A stretch of DNA of 64,000 nucleotides, taken from contig CBDCXR010000004.1 in assembly GCA_965223845.1 (NCBI GenBank), positions 2,496,001 to 2,560,000 of the forward strand, in the 5' to 3' direction. Below are positions 64,000 to 64,000 of this stretch, in pieces (the stretch's first letter is position 1; each line of letters begins with the position of its first letter). Origin of the DNA: Planctomycetota bacterium (GTDB taxonomy: Bacteria > Planctomycetota > UBA8108 > SXIK01). Made by a program: the position numbers and the translations under genes. The notes under the pieces were generated by a model, which saw only the letters and a program-made list of their open reading frames with translations, was not told the origin of the DNA and did not search any database.

Positions 64000-64000
64000 C

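Overview
GC-rich, TCGA/GATC-rich bacterial DNA with Planctomycetota-type gene content, inferred from DUF1549/1553, DUF1501, DUF1552/DUF1592, PVC-type heme proteins, ECF-sigma/Ser-Thr-kinase pairs and a sulfatase. It holds about 36 CDSs. Recognisable housekeeping or transport genes are metY, pyc and a sugar ABC transporter. I saw no rRNA, tRNA, CRISPR, integrase or transposase. The most interesting items are: (1) a coupled three-gene signalling module (2912-7773) in which a free membrane-anchored protein carries a gap-free ~290-aa paralogue of the extracytoplasmic domain of the neighbouring Ser/Thr kinase, with Spy/CpxP-like LTxxQ motifs; (2) a phage-free operon of a Tat-signal protein, a dockerin-tagged secreted protein, three tandem tail-collar paralogues and a DUF6916-like gene (25663-30398); (3) a promoter / three-way-junction / terminator element (34852-35007) that could be an unknown sRNA or riboswitch; (4) two inverted copies of a 41-bp (GGGAAC)n element bracketing a DUF1553-DUF1501-DUF1501 cluster; (5) a second ECF-kinase pair upstream of a large ELWxxDGT/dockerin surface protein. 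All family names come from motif recognition by eye, not database searches. Several start codons are my estimates.
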